Assembly (NCBI RefSeq): GCF_016433145.1
Contig: NC_058131.1
Location: 347,547,265-347,611,264, forward strand
DNA length: 64,000 nucleotides
Direction: 5' to 3'
DNA from: Gracilinanus agilis
Taxonomy: Eukaryota
This document shows, piece after piece, positions 41,401 through 54,636 of the stretch; positions within the stretch are counted from its first letter, which is position 1; the number at the start of each line of letters is the position of its first letter. The position numbers and the translations under genes were made by a program. The notes under the pieces are model-generated. The model searched no databases. It was not told the DNA's origin and worked only from the letters and a program-made list of their open reading frames with translations.

Positions 41401-42877
41401 ATTAACATAGTGATAAACTACAACTTCAGAAGACTAATGATGAAGCATAACTCCTTCCACTTGACAGATAGGTTGGGGACTACAGGTGTATAGTTAGAAA
41501 TATTTTGAACCCCTAAAACTACATTACCCAAAATTCCTTTCTGATTACCTAGAATGCTTGTCCCTTTGGTCATGTTTATATAGGTTCCGAGGCTCTGCCT
41601 CTCTCTTCCTCTTTTGCTCTCGGGAATGGGCTGGGTTAGATAGTTGTCTTACTTTAGTTATTAATAAAAACTTTATAAAATATAATACTTAGCTATCAGA
41701 CATTAATTTTAATCTCTACACAGGTGAAGGACAGGGAATTCATTGTCAGACATATGTTTGTTCTGCCAGGCCAATGGGTCAGTTAATTTTGTTTAATTAC
41801 ACTTCTGGAAGGGTGGTTGTTTGAAAATGTTGACATTATAAAAGGAAAAAAGGTATTGCTAAGACTTCCTTTTTTTTTTTTTTTTAAAGAAATGACTTGC
41901 TCATGGTCACATTTCTTATAAGTGGCAGGACCAGACCTATGGTCTCAACTCTAGGACCAGGGCTTTTTCTACTTCACCAGGCACAAAGGGAGATTCTATA
42001 AATGCTGGCTGACTTTCCACAGGTGAAAGCATCAGTACTTTAAGAAAGTCTACTCTGGGGGCAGCTGGGTAGCTCAGTGGATTGAGAGCCAGGCATAGAA
42101 ACGGGAGGTCCTAGGTTCAAATCTGGCCCCAGACACTTCCCAGCTGTGTGACCCTGGGCAAGTCACTTAACCCTCATTGCCTAGACCTTACCACTCTTCT
42201 GCCTTGGAGCCAATACACAGTATTGACTCCAAGATGGAAGGTAAGGGTTTAAAAAAAAAAAAGTCCACTCAGTCCAAACCAGCACTGGGCACTAACAGTT
42301 TTCTTTTCTGGAGATAATCAGGTATAAATTCAGGTCCCTATGTGTCTCCCTCCCACCCCATCCCCAGGGTCCCTGGTACCTTAGACTCAGAGATGTTTGG
42401 AAATGAGTGGAACCTCAGGGGGCATCCACTCGAACTTCTCCCTGAACAGGAATGCCCTTGACAACAAGGAATTATCCGGCCTCTACCTAAAGACCTACTT
42501 AAAATGGTGGGGAACTCACTGCCTCTTCAGGCAGCTTCTCCTACTTTGGGACAGCTCTTGTTTGTTAGGAGTTTTTTCCTTATGTTGAGCTGGAATCCAT
42601 CTCTGAGATTTTCTCCATGGTTCCCGGTTGACCTTGGGGCCACATAAATAAGGCTGCTTACCAATCTTCCTGTGCTGGGGAGAGCTTTTTCCACCTCAAG
42701 CTCCTCTTTACTCACCGTAGATCTTCTGGATTCCTTGCAGGTCATCTTGGGGCAGCTTGAAGCTGTGTGTCTCCATATACTGGTAGAAGGGGGCCATGAT
42801 GGCACTGGGGTCATTAGAATGCTCCAGTCCCAATGCATGGCCCAGCTCATGCACAGCCACCAGGAAGAGATCATTCC
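35107..42877 (-). CDS. MMP24: MMP24 / MT5-MMP, partial: exons 5-9, complement(join(35107-35444,37183-37449,39629-39767,40163-40374,42716-42877))
   Basis: Zinc motif [11 protein letters not shown] and Met-turn AIMAP; hinge; hemopexin blades; RRKERR convertase site; TM helix; tail ending [10 protein letters not shown] (PDZ-binding). GT-AG junctions with consistent phases. Confidence 0.97.
36116..36181. repeat. (TCTCTG)n/(TC)n microsatellite
   Basis: Direct reading. Confidence 0.85.
36617..36871 (+). mobile_element. Short solo LTR (255 bp), MMP24 intron 8
   Basis: TG...CA ends, AATAAA near the 3' end, 3' ~70 nt shared with 41487-41720; flanks gtgg/gcag. Confidence 0.7.
37183..37449 (-). CDS. 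MMP24: MMP24 exon 8
   Basis: ttcacAG|GT GAC AAA...; [16 protein letters not shown]...AFISKEG; donor GTAAGT. Confidence 0.96.
38437..38636 (-). mobile_element. SINE1-like
   Basis: Near-consensus reverse body ending cccagctgcccc. Confidence 0.9.
39629..39767 (-). CDS. MMP24: MMP24 exon 7
   Basis: ttctcAG; [17 protein letters not shown]...FVFFK(G); donor GTATTT. Confidence 0.96.
40163..40374 (-). CDS. MMP24: MMP24 exon 6 (hinge, first hemopexin start)
   Basis: ctctccAG; (G)[13 protein letters not shown]...[21 protein letters not shown]; donor GTATGC. Confidence 0.96.
40560..41800 (+). mobile_element. L1 3' portion (ORF2 C-terminus and 3'UTR), interrupted by a solo LTR
   Basis: ORF 40558-41046 reads [16 protein letters not shown]...[14 protein letters not shown], typical of the L1 ORF2 C-terminus. 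Confidence 0.85.
41487..41720 (+). mobile_element. Short solo LTR (234 bp), MMP24 intron 5
   Basis: TG...CA ends; perfect 4-bp TSD cagg/cagg; AATAAA ~41663. Confidence 0.8.
42057..42262 (+). mobile_element. SINE1-like with TSD
   Basis: Full body and poly-A; flanks aaagtctactc / aaagtccactc. Confidence 0.9.
42716..42877 (-). CDS. MMP24: MMP24 exon 5 (catalytic zinc site)
   Basis: ccctgcAG; (G)[33 protein letters not shown]...QKIY(G); donor GTGAGT. Confidence 0.97.
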
Positions 42878-43164
42878 CTGCAGGGACAGATGATAGCACT
42901 GGTCAGTTGCCCACCCACCCTCCAGGAAAAGCCAAGGACAGATGCCAGGCATTCAGCAACCTAGCTCAGCCTCTGTCATCTGCTCAAGTTCTGTGACTTA
43001 TTCAGACTCCAATACCTAAGGCCTGGCTTAGTGTTCAGACCAGCCCAGGGGTAGAAAAGATAGATGAAGCTACCTCAGAGAAAACACTTCAACCCACCCA
43101 AATGTGGGCATCAAAGGGCACAAAAGGTTTTTATTGTTTTATCATACAAATGGGGATAATGTAA

Positions 43165-43365
43165 TGGTGTGCTGGTAAAAATTTTAAACTAGCTCTTAGG
43201 AAGAAAAAATGGACTCATGACACACTTTTAAGTTTAATCCACACTCCTGACATTTCTCTATCATAATTTTCTAGGGTCTGGGCAATCAAAAAAACAACAA
43301 ATCAAGGCTTGATTTGTAGTGTTTGCCAATCTCCATGGCGCAAATGCTCATCCTGAAAATTGAAC
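43165..43365. mobile_element. Ancient hAT-Tip100 (Arthur1-like) fragment
   Basis: gtgtgctggtaaaa...ttgatttgtagtgtttgccaat...catgg resembles the recalled Arthur1 sequence. Confidence 0.4.
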
Positions 43366-43629
43366 ATTTCTCTTCTCATCCCCTCATCTTCCCACTACTG
43401 TCTCAGCCAATTAACTTCCTACCCATCCTTCAAGGCCAAGCTCAGTTACTCCCTTCTTCTTGAACCTTTCTTGATGTCCCCACTTGGAAGTAGTTTCTCC
43501 CTCATTTGGTTTCACGGCACTTCCTATATTTCTGATGATCTTTATTTTTACCTGTAATTTTGTTGATTCCATTGGGAACACCCCAATGAGGAAATTCCTT
43601 TTGCCCAGATCTCTACCTGCACATAGTCT

Positions 43630-44200
43630 TTTTTTTAAAAATACCCTTACCATCTGTCTTAGAATCAATCATATGTATTGGTTCCAAGACAGAAGAGCAG
43701 TAAGGGCTAGGCAATTGGGGTCACTTGGCCAGGGTCACCTAGGTAGAAAACATCTCAGAGCAGATTTGAACCCAGGACCTCCCATCTCTAGACCTGGCTC
43801 TTGATCCACTGACCCACCTAACTACCCCTCTAAATTCTTAACAATTCACAAAATAAGGCACTATTTCTTTAAATTTGTTTTTGTAAGTATATCATAATTA
43901 CTAATGTTTTAAGTGCAGTAGTAAACTTAAAATTCAAAGTTCTCCTATCTAAAGAAGGTGTAGGCTAATAGAGGCCATCAAAATGTATGTGTAGGGATGG
44001 GGCTGCTACTTGGCTCAGTGGCTTGAAAGCCAGGCCTAAAGATAGGAGGTCTTGGGTTCAAATCTGGCCTCAGACACTTCCTAGCTGTGTGACCCTGGGC
44101 AAGTCATTTAACCCCCATTGCCTAACCTTTACTGCTCTTCTGCCTTGGAACCAATTTACATATTGATTCTAAGAAAGAAAGAGCGAGCATTTATTTAAAA
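43630..44200. mobile_element. Two SINE1-like copies (43630-43826 on -, 44005-44200 on +)
   Basis: Recognisable SINE bodies in opposite orientations. Confidence 0.8.
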
Positions 44201-47200
44201 AAACAATGCATATGCAAGCTAGCTCATCATATTGTGCAGGACAGTGCTTTCTGTTACATAAATGTTCTGCTAGAGGCTGGCTAGTTTGTGTATAGACACA
44301 TATATTTTAATTTATATATGTATATTTTAATATTGTACTTTTTGTGTTTGTGTGTGTTTAAATTGTCATTAACAAAAGTGCAAAAACACTACTGTTTATT
44401 ATTTTATTCTTAAGGTGACCAGGGAAAAAGGAAAAGAACCTCTATGTTCTAAAATATCTATGGCAGCTCTCTTTGTAGTGGCAAAGAACTGGAAACTGGG
44501 GAATGGCTGAACAAGTTGTGGCATGTGAATGTTGATGGAATACTACTGCTTCATAAGAAAGGATGAGCAGGTTAATTTGAAAAATAAAACAAAACACAGA
44601 AAGACTTTGAAATTATGAAGAGTGAAACAAGCAGAACCAACAGAACTTTATATAGAGCAATAGAAATGTTGAAGAATGGCTTATTGTATGTCCACTTCTG
44701 GAGAAAAAACTGATAATCAGAAACAAGTAAGACCTAGTTTTATACAGACATCTCTTTTTTGACAAATAATGCCTTTCCTGGTGCGGAGAGAGAAGGGAAG
44801 GAGAGAGGGAGTTATCTGGGAATTTTATAAATAAGTAAATTTTAATTAAAAAAAAAATCCTAAAACACCCAGTGGTAAGTGCAACTTTTAATATGAAAAT
44901 ATTGTTAGAAGTTTGTTATATAAATTAGCAAACTAAGCATTTAAACTTTGTATTCTTGGGAATAAATACTGATAAAACATAATTTCCTCTTGATTTCATT
45001 TCCTTAAGTTATTATTTTGATATATTTTTATATTTAAGATAAAATGATTATTATATACATTTTCAAGGGTTATTGTCTCTAAGGTTTCAAAAAAACAGGA
45101 CACTGAAATGTAAAGGTAGGAAAGCTGCTCTATTCTATGGTTTATTTTGCCAACAGAACAGATGATATTAAAAAATCACAATTTAAACTTTCGTGTAAGA
45201 CTGAATGAAAATTATCTTTGAAATGATCTCTGAAAATAAATATCATTATCAAGATCTTCTATGAGGGGCCTTTTCTTCCATGCAAAACACTTCTAAATTG
45301 AGATCCAATCCATGAACAATTTTCTGTTCACTGTATTTGGTTCTTTGACATAAAACAGGTGCAAAAAGTGCAACATTTTTTGTTTTTCTTGGGATATGTA
45401 TTCCTGGGGAGTGATAACAGACCATTCAATATTTTCTACCTTCCAGGGATCGGTTATCTAATAGTGTTGAAAACACTTTGTGAAAATGGAGCTATGGGTA
45501 TTTGGGGCATGTTGAGGGACCACAAGCAGCGTAGGAATGAGGTAAGCAGTCAAGATACAAAGGGTTTTCCTGGAATATCTTTGGAATGGTGTTGCAAATA
45601 GCCAGGAGGATGAACAAATAGCTGAGAGGAGCTGAGGAGCTATAAAGAATGCAGCTGACATACATAACCTATATTGCAGTTCTTGCCTTCCCAGAGAGGG
45701 GGAGGAGAAGGAGGGAAGGAGAGAATTTGGATGGCAAATTGTCAGAAAATAAATGTTAAAAATTGTTTCTACGTGTAATTAGAGAAAAATACAATAAAAT
45801 GTTACTGGGCAGGGAAAAAAGGATTGTAGTTGCCACCAAATTTGCTATACATCGATGGCATCACTGCCAAACCTTTTGGTAATTTTTTTGGGAAAACTCT
45901 CTCTTTCTGTCTTAGAATCAATGCTGAGTATTCGTTCTAAGGAACAAGAGTAGTAAGGGCCAGGCAATGGGGGGGGGGGGGGGTTAAGTGAATTACCCAT
46001 GGTCACATGACTAGGAAGTATCTGAGGCTAGATTTAAACCCAGGACTTCCCAACTCCAGATGTGGCTCTCCATCCACTGTGCTACCCAGCTGCCTCCCCA
46101 CTTTCCCCCGTTTTACAGATGAGGAACAGGTACAATGATTTGTCCAACCTCACCCAGGTAGTCAGCACCAGTGATGGGTTCACTGACTCCATGTACCATG
46201 GAATTATGTTATTAATTTGCCAAAAAGCATTTCCTACCAATATCATTTATTCCCTGATAGATCCAAGACTGAAGTATTCCAGGGATATCTACAGATCCTG
46301 CACATAATAGTTTTCTCTCTTCTCTCCCTCTCCTGCCCCAACTTGAGCCAGCCAATGCTGTTCACGGAAACAAAGAATGAACAGGAGCTTTGGCCCTGCC
46401 AACCCAGTGGCACCTTCTATTCCATCACAGCTGGGATCTTTGGGGCAGCAGTGGGTTGCAGTGAGAGGATTTAGAGTCAAGGCCCTGGGTTCAAATCCAT
46501 TCTTTTGCTTCTTATGACCTACATGGCTTTGGGCAAGTCGTTGACTTTCCTGAATTCCAACTTTCCCACTTATAAAATGAAGGAGTTAGACTAGATGACT
46601 TCTAGGGAACCTTCTAATTCTAAATCTGAAGTTTACGCAGAATCTACGATTAAGGTGTTATTGTCGTTGTTGAATTGTTTTCAGTCATGTCTTCATAACC
46701 CCATTTGGAGTTTTCTTGAAAAGGATACTGGAGTTGTTCTTCATTTCCTTCTCAGATAATTTTACAGATGAGGAAACTGAGGCAAACAGGGGTAAGTGAC
46801 TTGCCCACGGTCACATGGCTAGTAAGTGTTTGAGACCAGTGAGTTCCTCACTCCGTATCCAGCCCTTTATGCACTCACTGTACCACCTAGCTGCCCCACA
46901 TGATCAAAATATCCAACTCTTTATCTTTTTTTTTTCAAACTGTTATCTTCTGTCTTAGTATCAGTTCTAGGTCAAAAGAGCATCAAAGGCTGGGAAATCA
47001 GGATAAAGTGACTTTGCCCTTTATCCTTGACCTGTTCCATCGACTGCTCTGTCTCCTCCCTCTCAACCACTTCCTAGCTGTAGGACTACAGGCAAATCAG
47101 CCTGAGTTTACTCATTTGTAAAATGGTACCTGTGGTATCTATCTCACAGGTCATTTTCGCTTTCAAAAGAGCTAATGTTTGTTAAATGCTGTTATTAATT

Positions 47201-49431
47201 AGCAAGTCAGTTATTATGAGTACCAGTGGCTTTTTTTTTTCCATCTTTTCCTAAGAACTCCACAAAGAAAGAGTCCTGGGACAAGTCACTATCTTGTAAT
47301 TATTCTTTCATTTAATGTTCTGCAAACTGTGAAAAGGTGGATAAAATGCTTTTCTAGTTCTGTGGTGGCAAAGAATTAGAATCTTTTGGGAGTGCCTATC
47401 CACAGGGCTGAACAGGTTATGGTATAGAAATGTGTTGGAATACTATCGAGCTGTAAGAAGTGATTAAGGGGGCGATTTCAGAGAAATTTGGAAAGATTTG
47501 TATGAACTGATGCACAGTGAAATAAGCAGAAGAATTGTATACACTGATAACAAAAATTTAAAGGCTAAAGGCTTTGAAAGACTTAAGAATTCTGGGCAAG
47601 GTTATGACCAACCATAAATGCATTATGAAACATGACACCCACTTCCTGATAGAGAGCTGATGGCTTTAGAGTATAAATTAAAGCATTTTTCTTTTGGACA
47701 TGTCCAGTGAAGGAATTTGTTTTGCCTGAGTAGATATGCTTATAACAAGTTTTGTTTTTCTTGCTTTCTCAATGAGAAAGGACGGAGGAGGAGAGGTAGG
47801 AGGGAGAGAATTCAGAGCTGAAAATAAAACAAAATGGAATTTAAAAAAGGAAAAAGAAAAAATGAAATGCCTTTTGTAATTGAATAAAAGTATTAGGATA
47901 TGAGTTATCTTCTGCAGGCTCACTGAAAGCATTTCTGGGATAGCTCCAGTGACAAGCAGGGCAACGAAGATGTGACTTCATCCTGTCCCCTCCTGGCCTT
48001 GATTTCTTTCCCTCCTTATCTCAGTTTGGAAGGCTTTTCATACCACATAGCCAGGTGATAATGAGTATTGGACACAGTAATATCTTTTAAACTCACTGTA
48101 CTACAATCTTTATGGATCAATGTCACACATTCTGGTGATTTGAGCAAGAGTTTTGCCTAGATAATGTTTCCATGTTAGTACAGTTTACTTATTGAATTCT
48201 CAAGAATATTCTGGGGTTCTCATTAGTAGTGAGGAGATTAGCTGTCTATAAGGTTACCAAGGACAATGAGCCTTCTAATTGTAGCAACCAGGTTGAAGTC
48301 TGAGTACATGCTAAATTTTTTGTACCCATTATCAGACATGTTGCTGAGTTTCTAGTATTCTCTTACATAATCTGCATTGATTACAAAGTTTGACCTCCTT
48401 AAGGATAGCCCATCTGAAATTCTAGGTGGTGAGGCCCACCCAGATCCTGAAAAACTAACAAACAATGCAAAAAATCGACACAAATCAGTTCACTATTTCC
48501 TTATCGACATGTTGTTATTATTATCATTATTATTATGGAATAAGTGCTTACCTGAATCACACTGTGATATGCAGTGGGCCATCTTGGCAAAACTCTATCC
48601 TTAAGGCAGCTAAGTGGTGCAAATGATAAGAGAATTGGGCCTGGAGTCAGGAAGACCCAAATTCAAATTTAGCCTGACACTTACTGTCTGACCCTGAGCA
48701 AGTCATTTAATCTATCTACCTCAGTTTTCTCAACTCTAAAACGGGGATGATAATATCACTGGGTTGTAAGGATCAATGAGAAAAAATGTGTAAAGTGTTT
48801 AGCACAGTGCCTGGAACATAATGGTTTTGTTGTATCCAACTCTTCCCAACCCCATTTGGGGTTTTCTTGGCATAAGATATTGGAATGGTTTGCCATTTCC
48901 TTCTGCTCATTTGACAATTGAGGAAACAGGGTTATTGACTTGCCCCCACGGTCACACGTCACTTCATAGGAGAGAATATTTGTAAAGTACTTGGCACATA
49001 GTAGGCGCATAATAAATGCTTCCTTCATTCTTTTCTTGAGCATCTGCAGCAGAGCTGCCTGTTCTCAGAGCCAGAGAAATGTTTATGAATAGGCAAAGGA
49101 AAGGTGGAAGTGCTGCTCTGGCCAGGAGCCCCCATGTCCACAAAAGGCTAAAGATTTACTTTGATCAGGTTCAATCTTGGGGGCTACCCTGAAAATCCGG
49201 TCCTTTACTTAACACCATTCAAACTCAGCACCTTGAAAAATCTCAAAAAAAAATCTCAAAAAATAAATATGTAGATCTCCATAGTAGTGAATAAACACAG
49301 GTCCTAGGTCTGGCGTGAGCACTCAAGATAATGAAGAATTCAGTTAAGTTTAGGAAGGCCTTTATTCCATCTCACAGGAAGTGTAGAAAACACAAAAAAG
49401 GACTCAGAGTAACTCATAAATAATAGTTTCT

Positions 49432-49680
49432 NNNNNNNNNNNNNNNNNNNNNNNNNNNNNNNNNNNNNNNNNNNNNNNNNNNNNNNNNNNNNNNNNNNNN
49501 NNNNNNNNNNNNNNNNNNNNNNNNNNNNNNNNNNNNNNNNNNNNNNNNNNNNNNNNNNNNNNNNNNNNNNNNNNNNNNNNNNNNNNNNNNNNNNNNNNNN
49601 NNNNNNNNNNNNNNNNNNNNNNNNNNNNNNNNNNNNNNNNNNNNNNNNNNNNNNNNNNNNNNNNNNNNNNNNNNNNNNNN
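49432..49680. other. Assembly gap (others: 1279-1418, 3663-3803, 12110-12263, 55907-56201)
   Basis: Runs of N. Confidence 1.
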
Positions 49681-50845
49681 CCCTCTAGTCCTTCAAACTC
49701 AGAGCATTGCTATACTACTTTCTCCTCAGAAAAGAAACAATCTTAGATCAGCTTTGATGCCCTTTGGGCTGTCTCCTGAAAATTGAAAAAAAAAGGCAAG
49801 AAAGCTGAGCCTTTGATGAAGAATCCTTACTAAGCCCTGTGGTGGGCGCTTGGGAAAAAACAACAGTCTTTGCCCTAGAGGACCTTCTATGCTATTGGAA
49901 GAAGGGGGAAAGGAGACAGTGTGTGCTCAGATCTGAAGGAGATGAGGTAAACTGAAGAGGGAGAAAGCTCAAAACCCAGAGGGAATCAGAGAAGGTTTCT
50001 CAGAAGAGCTAGCACCTCTGGTGAACATTAAAAGAAGACGAGGATTTCAGATACATTCATGTGTGTAAATACTGACAGCCCCAAGTACAAGAGCAGTGGT
50101 TGGCATGTAGAGAAAGACTGGGAGGAAAGGACCTTAAGAAAGGAGAAAGAGTGACCTGAAATCTGTGATGCCTACCAGAAGGATTTTGACTAGGTAACAT
50201 GGATAAATGAAGTGATCCTCCTGAGAGGAGGGATTGCTGAGGGCCGGTTAGCAGAGAAAGAGTCTGGAAGTAGCAATGGGGTGAAAGGAATGAGCAAAGA
50301 CTTACAGCTGTGTCACAGAACATGAGAGAAGGAGCAACTAGCACTGGAGAGAGTGACCAGGGACGTGGTGCCTTCTGGAGAGAGCCACGAGGACACGAGG
50401 GCCCCAAAATGGAAAGGATAGGGGAAAAAATCATCTAAAAATAAGGACAGTTGGCTAATAATAGAGCAGAGTTTCCAAAGGGCACAATGCAAATTCTAGA
50501 AAGAGGAGGAAAGGTCTGGGAAGGGGAAGAGTTGAGCTGAATAAAGAGAATTTTGTCAGGGAAATCACACACCTAACATATTTGACTAAATCACTGAAAA
50601 GACACTACAAAAGCCACGGGAATGGCTCTATGGCCTAGCTACCCACAAGGGCATTTCTCCTCATCAAAAGGGGACAGAAGAGTATCTCTTGAACTGCTTA
50701 AAATGTAAATCTAGAACTGGAAAGGAATTCAGAGTTCATCCAATTGACATGTAATAACAGAGGCTCACAGATGTTACACAGTTACAAAGCAACATATATG
50801 AATTCAGGTCTTGTCATTCCAAATCTGGCTCTTCCTGCTGCATTA

Positions 50846-51100
50846 GGCAGCTAGATGGCACAGCAGAGACAGTGCCTGACCTGGAGTCAGGAAGGGAGAG
50901 TCTTCCTGAGTTCAAGTCTGGCCTCAGACACTTCCTAGCTATGTGACCCTGGGCAAGTCACTTAACCCTGTTTGCCTCAGTTTTCTCATCTGTCAAATGA
51001 GCTGGAGGAGGAAATGGCAAATAACTCCAGGATCTCTGCCAAGAAAATCCCAAATGGGGTCACAAAGAGTTAGCAGGACTGAAAAGACTTAAAAATAATG
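50846..51100 (+). mobile_element. MAR1-like CORE-SINE
   Basis: ggcagctagatggc head, CORE (gtgaccctgggcaagtcactt), RTE-type tail (gccaagaaaatcccaaatggggtcac). Similar copies at ~46665-46895(-), 56318-56577(+), 57200-57462(-), 57990-58210(+), 62815-63055(+). Confidence 0.8.
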
Positions 51101-52031
51101 ACTCCACTTCTTCATTCTGCCTGTGGTCAGGGTTTATGTCCCCTCAATATATATTATATTTGGGTTTGATTGTATTCTGCTCTTTCTAGATTAAGGTTCA
51201 TCCTTCCACTACCTATCAGCTCTAATCTGATGACCAGGCCCAAAGGATTGCCACTGTTCCTGTGCCTATCACAGTGGGAAAGGTGGTGGAGAATGGTGGA
51301 CAGAGGGCTAGACTTGGAACCAGGAAGAACCAGGTTCAAATCTTAGCTTTGACATTTCCTAGCTGTGTGATCATGGGCAAGTCACTTAATCTCTCTGATC
51401 CCCATTTCCTCTCTGAAAAAAGGGGGATTATAATAATATCTACTGCCTCTACTTTACAGGTTGTTCTGAGTCAGTTCAGAAAGTTAAAGAATGCAGGTCA
51501 GCAACTGTCCTGTAACTTAAAGGTCCATTTGGCATCCCTGAGGGGTTAAGTCACTTGTCCAGGGTCATTGTATATGTCAGAGGAAGGATTTGAACTCAGC
51601 TCATCCAGTGTCCTAAGTAATTTTTCTGCCCTACCTCTTTCTAGTATAATCGATATGCGTCTTATTTTATAGCACGACAAACATGAAAATACCAGACATA
51701 AGACAAATGTTATATTACCTACCATCTTGGAGAGGGGGAAGGAGTGGGAGGGATGGAGAGAACAGGAATCACAAAATGTCAAAAAATGATTATTAAAAAT
51801 TGCATCAATATGTAATCTAGAAAAAAATAAAAAATTAATCAAAAAACACTTTCTACCCTACCTCTCTGCAAATTTAAAGGTGATATATAAATGGCAGCTA
51901 TTGTTATCATCACTATGATGATGATGATGAAGATGATGATGGAGGTAGTCCGGTATGGGGGACAGATAACTGACCTCAGAGCCAGGCAGACCTGGGTTCA
52001 AATCCTAACTCCCAATATTTATTGGCTATAT

Positions 52032-52224
52032 CAGTGATTCCCAAAGTGGGCGCTACTGCCCCCTGGTGGGTGCTGTAGCAATCCAGAGGAGCAGTGATGG
52101 CCACAGGTACATTTATCTTTCCTATTAATTGCTATTAAAATTTTTAAAAATTAATTTCCAAAGGAGTAAGTAATATTTTTTTCTGGAAAGGGAGTGGTAG
52201 GCCAAAAAAGTTTGGGAACCACTG
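52032..52224. mobile_element. hAT-Charlie-type MITE (copy B) inserted in a MIR-like SINE
   Basis: TIR cagtgattcccaaa / tttgggaaccactg; perfect 8-bp TSD ggctatat. Confidence 0.9.
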
Positions 52225-54636
52225 GGCTATATGATTCAGGGCAAGTCAGTTAACCTGAGCGCTCTGGGCCCATGGCACCAAACTCAAATTGAAAAAGGAC
52301 CACTAAACCCTACATAAGGATTCCTGCAGCAGGTATTGACTTAGAAAACCACATTAACATCATTTACGTTCTATTGCATTTTTATTGATTTGGTTAAATA
52401 GCTTCCAGTTACATTCTAATCTGGTCCAGGCAGCACTCCTGAGTGTTGTGGGAGGCATGCAGAACGGGACACCCTCACTCTAGGCAACTCTCTAAGACTT
52501 GAAGTTGGAGATCTGTACTGGTAGAGGGTATTTCCTCGCCTGGGACTTCCCTCTATCCATGAAATCACAGGTGCAGTCCCTCCTTGGTATTATTAATGCC
52601 AAGCTGTTCGGCCCTTCTGCGCCTGGCAAACGCTTGGCAATAATAACCGGGTCTACTCCTCCGCAGGAAACACGCCCTCGTATTCAAACTGGTTCTCACC
52701 TTCAGTTCTTTCCCGTGTCACCCTCTCTGCCCCCTTTTCAAGCTGGGAAGCATGGGAGCCCACTTTGCAAGGTAAGCAACAAACACTGAGAAGCTAGCTC
52801 AGAACCGAGGGGAATCTTGGCGGGTGGAAAGCCAGGTATGGCCGAGCACAAGGAACCTCCATCCAGACTGACCGACTTTTCCAAGAAGCAAACAGGCCCA
52901 ATCTCAGTGTTAGCAACAGAGACGGGGGTAGAGGAATTCAGCTGAGGCTGAGCTCAGGACAGGGGCACCATCCCCCACACAAGGCAAGAGAAGGGGTTTC
53001 AATCAATGCTGCATTGGTGTCAGTTCTGTTGCACTCTGGACAGACAGCTGGATCCTTCCAGAAGCATAGGAGACAGCCTGGAATAAGCAGCAGGGAAGGC
53101 TCTGAGAATCTTGTAGTGGAATGGCAACTAGGCCAGCCAGCATTCCCTTTTGCCTTTCTTTTTGCATCCCCAGCTCTTAGCAGCTGCTTAATAAATATTT
53201 ATTGACTAATTGGTTGAACTTGGTCTTTACTGCTTTATCTCTGGGGAAGGCAGTCTGTCACAAGCTTTTCTGGTGTCCGTCTTTCCCCGGAAGTCTTGTA
53301 TGGTCCATAGTCATATCCTGGGATCTGGGACACAGAATATATTTAGAAGGAAATCTGAGCAGTGATGACATGTCCTGCGGATCTGATCCCAGAGCCACGT
53401 ATCTGATAACAGAGTTTAATCCCCATCTCTGGGGTACAATGTCCAGCTGTAACCAGCTCTATTACAGACTGAAAAATAGGACTCTTTCCCGTTGTTTAAG
53501 TGGCAAACTCAATGGACTGTAGATTCCAGCTCCCTTGTCCTTGGAAGTCCCTATCAGGACAGCTCCACCAGGTCTTGCTTTATTGCCTAAACCCCAAGCC
53601 AGAGCCAAACTCATCACCTCCATTATTGGCTTAATGACATAAAGAAGTTTTTGGTGAAGGACATCTTTGACTCCCACAGACCCAGGATGCTTAGAAAGGG
53701 ATGTGTTGGAAGGATACATCTGAAAACCAGCCTGCCACCTTAATGTTTGCTTTTTGATCAGGGGAGTCCTCCTCAAGAAAGGCCACTCACACCAGACTAG
53801 AGAGTTAGGGAGAAAGAAAAATGGCACCCACCTAACCCCCATTGCCTACCCCTTACTGCTCTTTTATCTTGGAATCAATATCTTGGAATTAGTGTTGATT
53901 CTAAGATGGAAGCAGGTTTAAAAAAAAAAAAAGAGTGTAAAGGGATTCTGAGAATAAAAAGTTTGAGAACTGCCATTGGTCAAGCTTGATCTTTGGCTTA
54001 ACAATTTACCTCAACCCCAGACTTGACCTCCCGGGAACCAGTAAGCTCTCAGCCCCAACTCAGCCTTTGTGGTGAACCACTGGGTTTGACCCTGCTCCTG
54101 CCTCCTTTATCTCCTTCTGCCCTTGGATCGTCTCTTCTGGTTAACTTTAATATCACGAGCACCATCTGGTGTCAGACACTCTGCTGAGGGGATCAAGTCA
54201 TTGAGGCAAAATGAACAGTTCCTGGCTTTGAGGAGCTTATAAATACTAAGACCTGACAAAAGGACTTCCTTTTGTCCTTTATATAGCTATGTTTTCAGCA
54301 GCATCTCCTGACAACCTTGTAAGGTAGGTACTAAAGGTATTATCTCTCCATTTTACAGGCACTTGAGGGACTCAGCAAATAGAGTTCTGGACCTAGAATT
54401 TGAAGGCCTGAGTTCAAATGTGACCACAGATACTAGTTGTGTGGCTCTGGGCAAGTCACTTCATCTCCGTTTGCCTCAGTTTCTTCAACTGTAAAATGGA
54501 GATAATAATAGTATCTATATCCCAGGGTCATTGTGAGGACCAAGAAATGGTATTTGTAAAGTACTTAGCATAGTACCTGGCACATAGAGGTTGTTAATAA
54601 ATTAATTATAAATATCAATAATATTAACTATTATTA

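Noticed and set aside
47880-48490. AT-rich unique-looking block with faint hAT-transposase-like translation (AVYKVTKDNEPS)
   Set aside because: Similarity is too short and interrupted by stops; needs an HMM/Dfam search.
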